From Anaerolineae bacterium (lineage in GTDB: Bacteria; Chloroflexota; Anaerolineae; Epilineales; JAANWY01), in contig JBHHTZ010000001.1 in the NCBI GenBank assembly GCA_046753605.1, positions 1,244 to 65,243 of the forward strand: a DNA stretch of 64,000 bases, given 5' to 3'. Positions 8,800 through 17,212 of this stretch are shown here, piece after piece. Within the stretch, counting starts at the first letter, position 1. Each line of letters opens with the position of its first letter. The notes below the pieces were generated by a model, which was not told where the DNA came from, did not search any database, and was given only the letters and a program-made list of their open reading frames with translations. The translations under genes and the position numbers were made by a program.

Positions 8800-9855
8800 C
8801 TACGTACCACGCACCCGTAACGGGGCGTCCTGTACGAAGGATACACCAGGAAGGGGGTAGGGTTCACGTCCATCGAAGCCTTCGACGTACTTTTTCAATT
8901 TAGCCATGTTCGGGCGGCGCTCGACGTATTCGTCGGGCAATTTGTCGATGTCCTGCACTATCGGATTCCAGATGACCTTGACCGAAACCCCAGGCAGGTC
9001 AGTTGAAGTGGTCATCTGGCCCGTGGCGACAGTGGCGTCCTGGCCGGTGGCGTGAGCCTCCACTGCCTGGTCGACAAGCTCCTGGTTACGCTTGGCCTCG
9101 GCCACCACTGCTGCAGAAAGGATACCGCGGAGGTGTCCCTCGGCCTGCTCCATGGCCTTCTTGGTGGGGGCCGTCAGCTCGGCTATCCGCTTGAGAACCT
9201 GTTTAAGCGGGGATGTTATCTCGTCCTCGTATTGCTTGATCTGATTGCGCGTGCCCTTTGTCTTGCGCAACTCCGCGGACACCACCTCCATCTCTGCCTG
9301 ATGCTGGATCACGTGCCCCTGAGCAGCCGCTGCCACCGCCTCTGCCTGCCTCTGCAGAGACTGTATCCAGGTAATGACCTCCCTGGCCCGGTCCAGCCAG
9401 GTCGGGGGCACCTGTACACCTTCTATCTCCGTGCCCGGCACGATGGCGAAGCTCTCCTGCGGTTGCGAGGCCAGGTACTCCGAATACTGGTGCGCCAGGG
9501 CCATGTGCTTGGAGCACAATGCCACGTCGTGCGGGTCTTTCCACAACGCCCCCGGGCAGTTGCCCTCGGGGGACTCCTTGCATCGGGTGGCAGAGCACTC
9601 CACAGCGTTCAAGAGCTTTCGGTTCTTGACTATGTTGAATAACTTAGGTGTAGCCATCTCTCTTCTCTCCTCTTGTAATAGACTGCCCCTGACTTCCGAA
9701 AACAATCTACCCTCTATATCTAAGTTTGTTTTTACTTCTCTTAATTCAAAAAATCCGTCATTGATCTGTGGTGTCCGCACTCCCCAAGGCCGTTGCGTTG
9801 GAGGATCCCCCTTCCAACAACTTGGGCCGTAGTGGGAGTATTTCCACATGAACAA
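8800..9855 (-). CDS. Hypothetical protein with N-terminal Cys cluster and coiled-coil region
   Basis: 351-aa ORF; true start may be the internal MATPKLF; the 5' end lies in an AT-rich island. Confidence 0.5.
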   Translation of the reverse strand: MFMWKYSHYGPSCWKGDPPTQRPWGVRTPQINDGFFELREVKTNLDIEGRLFSEVRGSLLQEERREMATPKLFNIVKNRKLLNAVECSATRCKESPEGNCPGALWKDPHDVALCSKHMALAHQYSEYLASQPQESFAIVPGTEIEGVQVPPTWLDRAREVITWIQSLQRQAEAVAAAAQGHVIQHQAEMEVVSAELRKTKGTRNQIKQYEDEITSPLKQVLKRIAELTAPTKKAMEQAEGHLRGILSAAVVAEAKRNQELVDQAVEAHATGQDATVATGQMTTSTDLPGVSVKVIWNPIVQDIDKLPDEYVERRPNMAKLKKYVEGFDGREPYPLPGVSFVQDAPLRVRGT

Positions 9856-10220
9856 TCGACTATAAATAGGGGGAAATGGTCATTAATTTTGAAATCAGGA
9901 TCACTTGTTTCTACCTGCACATGCCAGCGTATTCTTTCAAAAATAGTTCGAGTAGAATAGTGATCCTAACCCCCATTAATTACGTCAAAAATATATTTCT
10001 GCGCTAACTCCCAGATAATGAGATTTTCCCTAAAAAACTTTTCAAACTTCTCCCATAGCTCGCTTTTATCGTCTTCGTTCATCAGAATAGACTCATCTGC
10101 CCCTCTGCTCGCGTGGGGCCTGTAAGCGCGCTGCGTCGGGAATACGTTCTCTCAGTAGACGTTCCCCTTCTCTGTGACTCTCTGCTAGTTTTTCTTCTTA
10201 TGTTTTCTCGGACGTGTTCA

Positions 10221-12458
10221 TTATGCTGCCTCCTTCCAGTCAACGCGGAACTCCGCGTTTTTATCGAAGTACACCGGCCAGCGCCCCTCGCGCGCCAGGT
10301 CGTACGGCTGCAACCGTCCATCCTTGTCGAATATGGCCTCGGCTTCCTTGCACCAGTGCTTCGAGATGGCCGGCTCGCACTTCACCGGGTAGTTGGGAAG
10401 CAACGTGTTGCCCTCCTCGACCATGACGTCTGCCATCTCGTAGGCCTGCTCGTGCGCCAGCTCGATGTCCACCTCGGCCAAGATCTCGTCGTGAATAAAG
10501 CCGACTGGACGCACGCCGTACAGCACGCTGCCCGGCACCCGGGTGTAGCACCGCTTCATGACGCCCCACATGCCCCGCTTGGACACATCCGCCCCCAGGC
10601 CCTGGAAGAAGGTGTTGCAGGCCTCGGTGAACTTGCAGCGGCCCCGTATCCGGCCGACGCGCAACTGGGCGAAGGTGCCGACGACACGAGCTATCGCCTC
10701 CGTCTCGGAGTCGCTGTCCAGCTCTTCCAGGTCTAGCTCCAGGTGCTGTCGAATCCACCTGAAGTAGTCGTCCCACTCCGGGTACTTCTGCAACCAGTCG
10801 GACTTGTACTGAGCAGCCTCTTCCAGAGTCAGCGTGACACCGTAACCGCGGGCAAAACCCACGATGCCCCGCTTGCCAAGGCCCCCCGGGGCCCCGAAGT
10901 TGAAAATCTTCGCCAACTGGCGAAAGAACTTGACCTCTTTATCGTGCTTTCTCTTGAGCGCGTCGTTGTACGCTATGCCCATGAGCGTGGCCCCGAAATC
11001 CAGATGCGGATCAAGGCCCTCGTTCATCGCGTCGCCCATTTTGGAATAGCCAACTAGATCCTTACACGCCTGCGCCCCCGTACACAGCTCCAACCCCGTA
11101 TAGTCATTGTCCACGAAGTACTTGCCCGGTCGGGAGACGAAGCACTCCCTGATGCCTATCCCAGGAGGAAAGAGCGGAACAGGCTTCTCCTCCCCTGGCG
11201 GGATCCACATGTACGACCGCTTGGGATTTTGGAACTGGAAGCCGTTAGTGACCGAGCGCGTTCGTTTTCCGTCGTCCGTCCGACTCTTGCTGCACGCGGT
11301 ACGCCCCGAGTCCACCAGGGTCGTATACCTGGGCTGGATGGGGGTGTTGCCTCCCTTTTCAAGATCCTCGATGTGCGTATACAGCACCGTATGTAGCTGC
11401 GAGCGCAAAGAGAACGCCATCAGCATCTCGTCGCCCGTCCTCCGGCAAGCGTCCTCGTCTATCGAGGCGTACTTTACTATTTCCTCTTCAGTGAACACCG
11501 TCTCGAAGGATATCTCCCCCCCGTCGTCCAGTCTTCCGTTCTCTCTCAAGTACTTGACGTATTTTTTGTACCCGGTATCGGTGAGCTTGATCGGCAGCTC
11601 TTGCTCCCGACACACGTCCACCATACGACGCTGGGCCGCCTTTATGTTCTTCGTCCAGCGCAAGTTACGCTGTATCTGCTCAAAACCGCGTACCATGCCG
11701 CCGTGTTGGGGTTTGACCAGCTCGTCGGATAGCTCCCAGTACTTCTCCTCGGCGTACTGCTGTAACTTCTTTATCTTCTCCTCGTCCGTCATGACCCCCC
11801 AGCACATCATGAACTGAAGAGCCAGGGCGGCCCTGGACTGGGCCGGGGAATCGAGCAGGTACTTGCGGTCTTCGCTGTCCCACTGATACTGGCCAACGTC
11901 CCGGGCTCCGATGGCGTCGTCAACAGCGTAGTGGGTCGCCGACGGCGGCCAGCGCTTCAAAGCTACGTTATGTAACTGCCTGTAGCGCAACCGCCAGATG
12001 TCCGATCCCTTTTTCTGTGCGCTGCGGTCGCGCTTGAGCAACCGACATTCCAGGCCGGCCAACGAGTAGCCAAACAAGGCCTGCATCATTTTGAATTTGC
12101 CCTTGGCTATGTCTATCAATCGCTGACTGAGGCCCACGTCTATGATCTTGTCGGCGTCGTACGCCTCGAAGACCTCCTCGAAGAGATCTGGCCACTGCGC
12201 CAGGCACACCGCCACGTCGTAGGCGACGTTCAGGCCGTAGGACACGGGCTCGCGCAACACCCACCGGAAGGCTTCCTTGGCCGTTCGCCCAGGTGGGGCA
12301 GCGTTACCGAATAACGTCAACGGCTCGTAGGCGTCGTTGACATGGTACAACCACACCCCGTCCCAGGCAGCGATGGACAAGCAGACCAGCTCGGGCGCGA
12401 GCTTGGCCGGTCGTATCAGCCACGTCTCGCAGTCCCAGCCTGGTCCTCTTAAAGTCAC
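10221..12458 (-). CDS. Family A DNA polymerase (Pol I-like) with 3'-5' exonuclease domain
   Basis: Exo I WDCETWL; motif A DYTGLELC; motif B RQLAKIFNFGAPGGLG; motif C FIHDEILAEV. Confidence 0.9.
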   Translation of the reverse strand: MTLRGPGWDCETWLIRPAKLAPELVCLSIAAWDGVWLYHVNDAYEPLTLFGNAAPPGRTAKEAFRWVLREPVSYGLNVAYDVAVCLAQWPDLFEEVFEAYDADKIIDVGLSQRLIDIAKGKFKMMQALFGYSLAGLECRLLKRDRSAQKKGSDIWRLRYRQLHNVALKRWPPSATHYAVDDAIGARDVGQYQWDSEDRKYLLDSPAQSRAALALQFMMCWGVMTDEEKIKKLQQYAEEKYWELSDELVKPQHGGMVRGFEQIQRNLRWTKNIKAAQRRMVDVCREQELPIKLTDTGYKKYVKYLRENGRLDDGGEISFETVFTEEEIVKYASIDEDACRRTGDEMLMAFSLRSQLHTVLYTHIEDLEKGGNTPIQPRYTTLVDSGRTACSKSRTDDGKRTRSVTNGFQFQNPKRSYMWIPPGEEKPVPLFPPGIGIRECFVSRPGKYFVDNDYTGLELCTGAQACKDLVGYSKMGDAMNEGLDPHLDFGATLMGIAYNDALKRKHDKEVKFFRQLAKIFNFGAPGGLGKRGIVGFARGYGVTLTLEEAAQYKSDWLQKYPEWDDYFRWIRQHLELDLEELDSDSETEAIARVVGTFAQLRVGRIRGRCKFTEACNTFFQGLGADVSKRGMWGVMKRCYTRVPGSVLYGVRPVGFIHDEILAEVDIELAHEQAYEMADVMVEEGNTLLPNYPVKCEPAISKHWCKEAEAIFDKDGRLQPYDLAREGRWPVYFDKNAEFRVDWKEAA

Positions 12459-12838
12459 CTACTAAGCTCCTGTAATGCTTGCTGGTGTAGCTCCTTGAAC
12501 CACTGGGCTCTCAACCAGACGAGCAAGTCGTCTATCGATAAGAACCCCGGGAGGTTGAGCCTGCGGGCCTCTTCCAGTTCCTCCATCGAGCCCTCCGAAT
12601 TCTCCCAGTCGCCGACGAACAACACAGCGTCGCTCCTGCGCAACAGCTCCAAGTCGCCTTCAATGACCGTAGTCTCGGGCACCGCCCCGAAGTAGAACCG
12701 CGTCATGGTGTGCGGCACCAGCGGCATTGCCCCCAGGTGCAGAACCTGCAGGCCGGCCTTCTCGGCAACCCGGATATTCTGCTCTCTGGCCCAGGAGTTT
12801 GGGGCACTATACGGCCCGGCGATGTAAATGATCTTCAT
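12455..12838 (-). CDS. Nucleoside 2-deoxyribosyltransferase-like / DUF4406 protein
   Basis: N-terminal MKIIYIAGPYS motif typical of the NDT/DNPH1-like fold; 4-nt overlap with PolA, 3 nt from the ThyA-like gene. Confidence 0.55.
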   Translation of the reverse strand: MKIIYIAGPYSAPNSWAREQNIRVAEKAGLQVLHLGAMPLVPHTMTRFYFGAVPETTVIEGDLELLRRSDAVLFVGDWENSEGSMEELEEARRLNLPGFLSIDDLLVWLRAQWFKELHQQALQELSR

Positions 12839-12841
12839 CTT

Positions 12842-13642
12842 CTATTCTTCTACCATGCAGCGGATCTTCGCGAGCTTCTCCGCGTACCCGTACAAGTGCA
12901 GGCCCTTGCTCTCGAGGACCATCTCGCCATCTTCGACACCTATCGCTTGAGCCATGTATTCCTTCAACACCTGAACTCCCGCCAGGTTTGCAGGCAGGCC
13001 AGACCACAAGTCCCAGGACCGGAAGTAAACGAAAAAATGCAACTTGTTGTCTTGGATGCGTGTGTCGATGTGCCTGAGACACGGCGGGTCTTTGAGGATC
13101 AGGTCGGTGGGCTCGGCGACCTGTAACACCATCTGGTTGTTGCGGTGACCGTGCTTCTTATAGGTGTCAATGATCCATTCTATCTGGTTCAAAAAGATGT
13201 CCTGATTCAACATCCTGTAAAGAACTTTGTCATCTACTCGACGTAAATCGACCATATTTTTGTTGCCCTTGGCCCGCCAAAACAGCTTGTCATCATCGAT
13301 GCGAGATCTGGTCAAACGCTCCCCGTACGTGTACGACTCGCCGGGTTCCTTGCGGTCGCTCATCACATACTCGACGTAGGAGCGGTCGTATCCCTCGCCG
13401 CCGAAGACGTACCCCTCATCTACAGGATTCGGAATACCCAGGTGCGGAGGGATGTCCGGCAACATGGGCCTGGTGCCCGGGTACTTTACGTGCCCGATGA
13501 AGTAGTCGTACTCCAAACGGGTCTGGCCCTCGAAAGAGCCCTTGTCGATGGTGAACTGCCGGCCGATCCTGAGTACGTCGGACACAGCCTGAAACCATAA
13601 ATCAGGGAGATCTCGCGCTTCTATCTTATGTATGTTCAACAT
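12842..13642 (-). CDS. Thymidylate-synthase-fold enzyme (ThyA-like; dUMP methylase or hydroxymethylase)
   Basis: DPPCLRH...HFFVYFRSWDLWSGLPANLAG aligns with ThyA PCH...QFYV...YQRS.D.FLGLPFNIASY including the catalytic Cys and the Asn of the uracil-specific PFN motif; N-terminal half highly divergent. Confidence 0.8.
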   Translation of the reverse strand: MLNIHKIEARDLPDLWFQAVSDVLRIGRQFTIDKGSFEGQTRLEYDYFIGHVKYPGTRPMLPDIPPHLGIPNPVDEGYVFGGEGYDRSYVEYVMSDRKEPGESYTYGERLTRSRIDDDKLFWRAKGNKNMVDLRRVDDKVLYRMLNQDIFLNQIEWIIDTYKKHGHRNNQMVLQVAEPTDLILKDPPCLRHIDTRIQDNKLHFFVYFRSWDLWSGLPANLAGVQVLKEYMAQAIGVEDGEMVLESKGLHLYGYAEKLAKIRCMVEE

Positions 13643-14049
13643 TATCCCTCCACCACCTTGAGGTGTCTCTTCTTTTTCTTGCCCTTCGCCGACTTCGGCC
13701 GGCGTAACTCGGCCAACCTGCGCCCCTCTCGCATGTTCAACGGAGTGTCCAGCGCAACCATCATCCGGTACGCGATGTCCTGCACGGCCTCGCCGGTTTC
13801 AAAAGACAACCTCTCTAGCCACTTGACCAGTGACATCTGCTGCTTGGCGCTGTTGCAGTTTGGGCAGCACGTGACGAGGTCGCTCGCCTCGTTGCCCGCC
13901 CTGAAGTACACGTGGTCGAGCTGCAGGCCGTAGCCCATCTCGTCAATGGGGAACACCGACCTGCACCAGATGCAGTCGAACCCGTCTCGATGGTAGATGG
14001 CCAGGCGCTTGGGGAGCCTGATCCAGTCCATTCCTTTGTTGTGCGGCAC
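13642..14049 (-). CDS. HNH endonuclease
   Basis: LDHV...N...CCPNCNSAK HNH signature with Cys4; GTG start preceded by AGGGAGG. Confidence 0.7.
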   Translation of the reverse strand: MPHNKGMDWIRLPKRLAIYHRDGFDCIWCRSVFPIDEMGYGLQLDHVYFRAGNEASDLVTCCPNCNSAKQQMSLVKWLERLSFETGEAVQDIAYRMMVALDTPLNMREGRRLAELRRPKSAKGKKKKRHLKVVEG

Positions 14050-14062
14050 CTCGGACCTCCCT

Positions 14063-14080
14063 TTGACGTTTATACGTCAA
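14063..14080. promoter_or_regulatory. Palindrome TTGACGTTTATACGTCAA just upstream of the RBS of the HNH/ThyA/PolA operon
   Basis: 7-nt perfect arms TTGACGT/ACGTCAA; same arms recur at 39684 and 63272. Confidence 0.5.
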
Positions 14081-14190
14081 GTAAGGATGAGCCCCGAAAT
14101 ACTGCTATGCCGCTCGGGGCCACACGGCGGTATTCGGCTGTCGGTCGTAGGAGCGCTGGGGTTAAGCGCCGAAACCGAAAGCCGAAACTC

Positions 14191-14673
14191 TCAGTCCTGC
14201 CGCACTTCCCAGATATGCTTGGTAAAGGGGTTTCCGGACTGGGTGGTGATGCTCACGCACTCCAGGTTCATCACGACCCCTTCAAGCGCATTGTACTGTA
14301 CCACCAGCTCGTCGACTATCCGGGACAGGGGCAGACGCACCCCTTGGGGATTGTTCTTGAACCAGTACTCCTCGATCAGATCGTTGACGTTGTCGAGCGT
14401 GGGGTCCACACCGCTGACGGCCGCGATGAACCCCTTGATATTCGGCAACGACATCGGGCCGCCCATCTTGATTACCTGGCTCTTCTCAACGCCCACCTGG
14501 ATCTCGGGGTTGTTGCTGGCCAACACGTCCATCTCGATTACCAGGAAATTATCGCCCTTCTGTCCTTTGACCTTCTTCACCGCCTTGAGCTTCACACGGT
14601 ACTTTCCAGGATGAAGCCACGTTCCCGTTTTTTGTACAGTTGCGTCTCCGATTTCATCGAACCATCCTGACAT
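14191..14673 (-). CDS. Hypothetical protein
   Basis: 160-aa ORF downstream of the SNF2 helicase, co-oriented. Confidence 0.5.
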   Translation of the reverse strand: MSGWFDEIGDATVQKTGTWLHPGKYRVKLKAVKKVKGQKGDNFLVIEMDVLASNNPEIQVGVEKSQVIKMGGPMSLPNIKGFIAAVSGVDPTLDNVNDLIEEYWFKNNPQGVRLPLSRIVDELVVQYNALEGVVMNLECVSITTQSGNPFTKHIWEVRQD

Positions 14674-14754
14674 GACCTTCTTCTCCTTTTTCTAGTTCCA
14701 GTACTATTTGTTGTTCTAGTGCTAGTGCTATTTACGCAAACGTATAACAGAAGC

Positions 14755-16542
14755 TCACCAAAGTCTACCATCTCCGGCAGGCAACCGAAACTTTTGGTCT
14801 ATGGTGGCGAGAGTGAGGCGTTTTTTGCCCTCAATATGTGAAGCGTACCAGGCGTCGCGTATCGCTTGCCGCCAACATTCCCACTCAACCCTGCAACCGA
14901 TCACGACCTCCACCCAGACCTCGTCGGCGTTCTGACCCGGCCGATGTGTACGGGCGATCAACTGCTCCCAGACCGTACCCGTGGGCGGCGGCGAGATCAC
15001 GAGGTTGTCGGACCACTGATACTGCAGGTTCCGGCCTTCCCCGTTGGCCTGTACGCTGGCAACGACAGACCCGTTCCGGCTCTCCCAGCTCTCGATGTAC
15101 CGACCGAGCCGGTCCTTGCCCATCCGGTGAAAGTAAGGCAGCCCAAGCTCCTGCTCTAACCGTTGTCCGAGAGCGACCTCGCTCACCCAGACGATGCCCT
15201 GATGGTTCTTGACCCACCTGGCCACGCGCTCGATGATGCTATCGTCTACCCAGACCGGCACCGTGTTCCACTTGTGCTCGCCGCGCACTGCGCGCCAGCG
15301 AATATACAGGTCATGTATCGCCTGATTGATCTTGCCAGAAGCAGCTGCCCGCGCGATTAGCGCCTCTGACTCCAGTCCCGGTATTCTTTCCTCGATTATC
15401 CCGCGTACGGCCTTACGCCACTGTGCGCGCAACTCCATCCACGGTTGCGGTGGCTTGGGATCCCAGTCGTACCAGAAGCCCGAAGTCAACGTGCGCATGA
15501 CCCGCCATCGCGTAGCCAGAGCCTGTCTCTCGTTACCTTCAACAAGGTACACGTCTCCGGTCGGCAGATACCCTTCCTGAAGACCGGCAACCAACCGGTG
15601 TACCTCCTGGCCGTACCCATCTTCCAACATCAACTCGACGTTGATCGAGGTGTCGGCGTGTTCGGCCTCGTCCATCTCACAGGACACAACCCCTGGCGTC
15701 TCGTGTATGCGCCGCCGCAAAGCGGTGCGCACGCCCTGTCTGCCTCTGCTCTTTTCCAGGTCGTTACAGAGCTTCAGAAGCGCCCCAGGATCTCCCGGTG
15801 AACGGTTCTCGTGGACCTTTATCTCGTCCACCACGTTGGCCCAGATACCTAGCTCCTCGGGCGAACGCGGCAAAGGGTAGTGCTTCGGGAGCGACCAGCG
15901 CATGGTGTGGGCGAAATCGAACAGACTTCGCTTCGTGCTCGTCCCGGTCGCGCACAGCGCGCACGTATCGGGGAACGCCTCCATGTAGTGCTCCACCTTG
16001 CGAGTGACCGCGGCCGAGGGGTTCTTGAGCCGGTGGCTCTCGTCAAAGATCAACAGGTCCGGTCGATAGTTCTGCAAGAAAGCCGTGCCGTTGACCCTGG
16101 ATAGCTTCTCGTAACTGATGATCTGCATCCCCGCGTGCTGCTTCCAGTGCTGCCCGAGCGCCGCGAACTCTCGTATGGTCTTGTCCCGTAACTTAGCAGG
16201 CACTACCAGCAGCGGCCGCTCTGCTTCGAGCACCACCGGGGCCAGAAACGTCACCAGCGTCTTGCCTTTGCCGGCTGGGATGGGCCCGTACATCCCCTCC
16301 ATGTCGTGAAGCTCCTGCAAGGCCTTGGCCTGCACGGGCCACAACTCTTGCGTGCCCTGCGCGAGCTTCAAGTACTTCGTTGCCATCTGAGTGAACCGCG
16401 GCAGCTCGGGATCGTCTTCCCAGACGCGCCGCGGCAGTTCCAGTATGCGCACCAGCTCGTTCGTAGCCGGCACCTTCTCCCGGCCGGTCTTCTTGAAGTG
16501 CCGAACCATCCTGGCCTTCGCTGCTGCACTCAGTTCTGGCAT
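14755..16542 (-). CDS. SNF2/DEAD-like superfamily 2 helicase
   Basis: Walker A PAGKGKTLV, motif II LLIFDESHRLKN, motif III CATGTS. Confidence 0.75.
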   Translation of the reverse strand: MPELSAAAKARMVRHFKKTGREKVPATNELVRILELPRRVWEDDPELPRFTQMATKYLKLAQGTQELWPVQAKALQELHDMEGMYGPIPAGKGKTLVTFLAPVVLEAERPLLVVPAKLRDKTIREFAALGQHWKQHAGMQIISYEKLSRVNGTAFLQNYRPDLLIFDESHRLKNPSAAVTRKVEHYMEAFPDTCALCATGTSTKRSLFDFAHTMRWSLPKHYPLPRSPEELGIWANVVDEIKVHENRSPGDPGALLKLCNDLEKSRGRQGVRTALRRRIHETPGVVSCEMDEAEHADTSINVELMLEDGYGQEVHRLVAGLQEGYLPTGDVYLVEGNERQALATRWRVMRTLTSGFWYDWDPKPPQPWMELRAQWRKAVRGIIEERIPGLESEALIARAAASGKINQAIHDLYIRWRAVRGEHKWNTVPVWVDDSIIERVARWVKNHQGIVWVSEVALGQRLEQELGLPYFHRMGKDRLGRYIESWESRNGSVVASVQANGEGRNLQYQWSDNLVISPPPTGTVWEQLIARTHRPGQNADEVWVEVVIGCRVEWECWRQAIRDAWYASHIEGKKRLTLATIDQKFRLPAGDGRLW

Positions 16543-16625
16543 GTCTGCTCTATTTATAAATAGCGAAGTGTGACACTACCACTTCGCTTTATTGTCCTTG
16601 TATGCGAAGATGCGGCTGGCGAGCT

Positions 16626-16979
16626 TCACTTCTCCCCTCGCATCGCGGCTTCTAGCTTGCCTCGCGAAACAAAATGGGGAGAAGACAGGCGCTTCAGGTG
16701 CCAGAGCACCTCCTGACAGGCTCCCAGCAGCCGCAAGGCATACCCGGTTGCCCACTTCAAGTCAGGGTTCTCTTTCCCTTCCTCCTGGGCGAGAACATGC
16801 AGGACCACCAGCCGTCGCTCCATGCCCTGCGCCGTCGGAGTGCCCTTTACCTCCTGCCATTCCCCTCGTCTCTCCTTGACCTCCTCGTATAGCTCCTTCA
16901 ACACGAACTGGGGTATTTTGATCGTGGACTGTTCCCCGTGTAACCAGGACGTTGACTCCAACCACTTCAGGTCTAGCAT
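16626..16979 (-). CDS. Hypothetical protein
   Basis: 117-aa ORF, co-oriented. Confidence 0.4.
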   Translation of the reverse strand: MLDLKWLESTSWLHGEQSTIKIPQFVLKELYEEVKERRGEWQEVKGTPTAQGMERRLVVLHVLAQEEGKENPDLKWATGYALRLLGACQEVLWHLKRLSSPHFVSRGKLEAAMRGEK

Positions 16980-17212
16980 GTTACCCTTCCAAGTCGTCGT
17001 GAACCTTCTGCGCTGCTTCTCCGAGCAGTCGCGAAATCCGTTGCTGCTGCTATTGCGACAGATGCGCGCATGTTTTGGTCACCGTGGAACGCATGATCTC
17101 GACGAGTACATTGCGCGCCGTATCGTCGTCAAACTTGTCGAGCGTGCTGATGGTGGTGACCCACACGCTCGACACCAGAACTCGGCCTATGTCTCGCAAC
17201 CGCTTGTCCATG

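Noticed and set aside
9856-10220. tRNA genes in AT-rich or intergenic regions (also 28640..28990)
   Set aside because: No T-arm GTTCGAAT-like or cloverleaf-compatible sequences were found by eye. This cannot be excluded without tRNAscan.
14063-14080. The TTGACG...TATA(A/T)T palindrome as a simple -35/-10 promoter
   Set aside because: The TTGACG and TATAAT-like elements are only 0-1 nt apart. That is incompatible with sigma70 spacing, so an operator or RNA hairpin is more likely.
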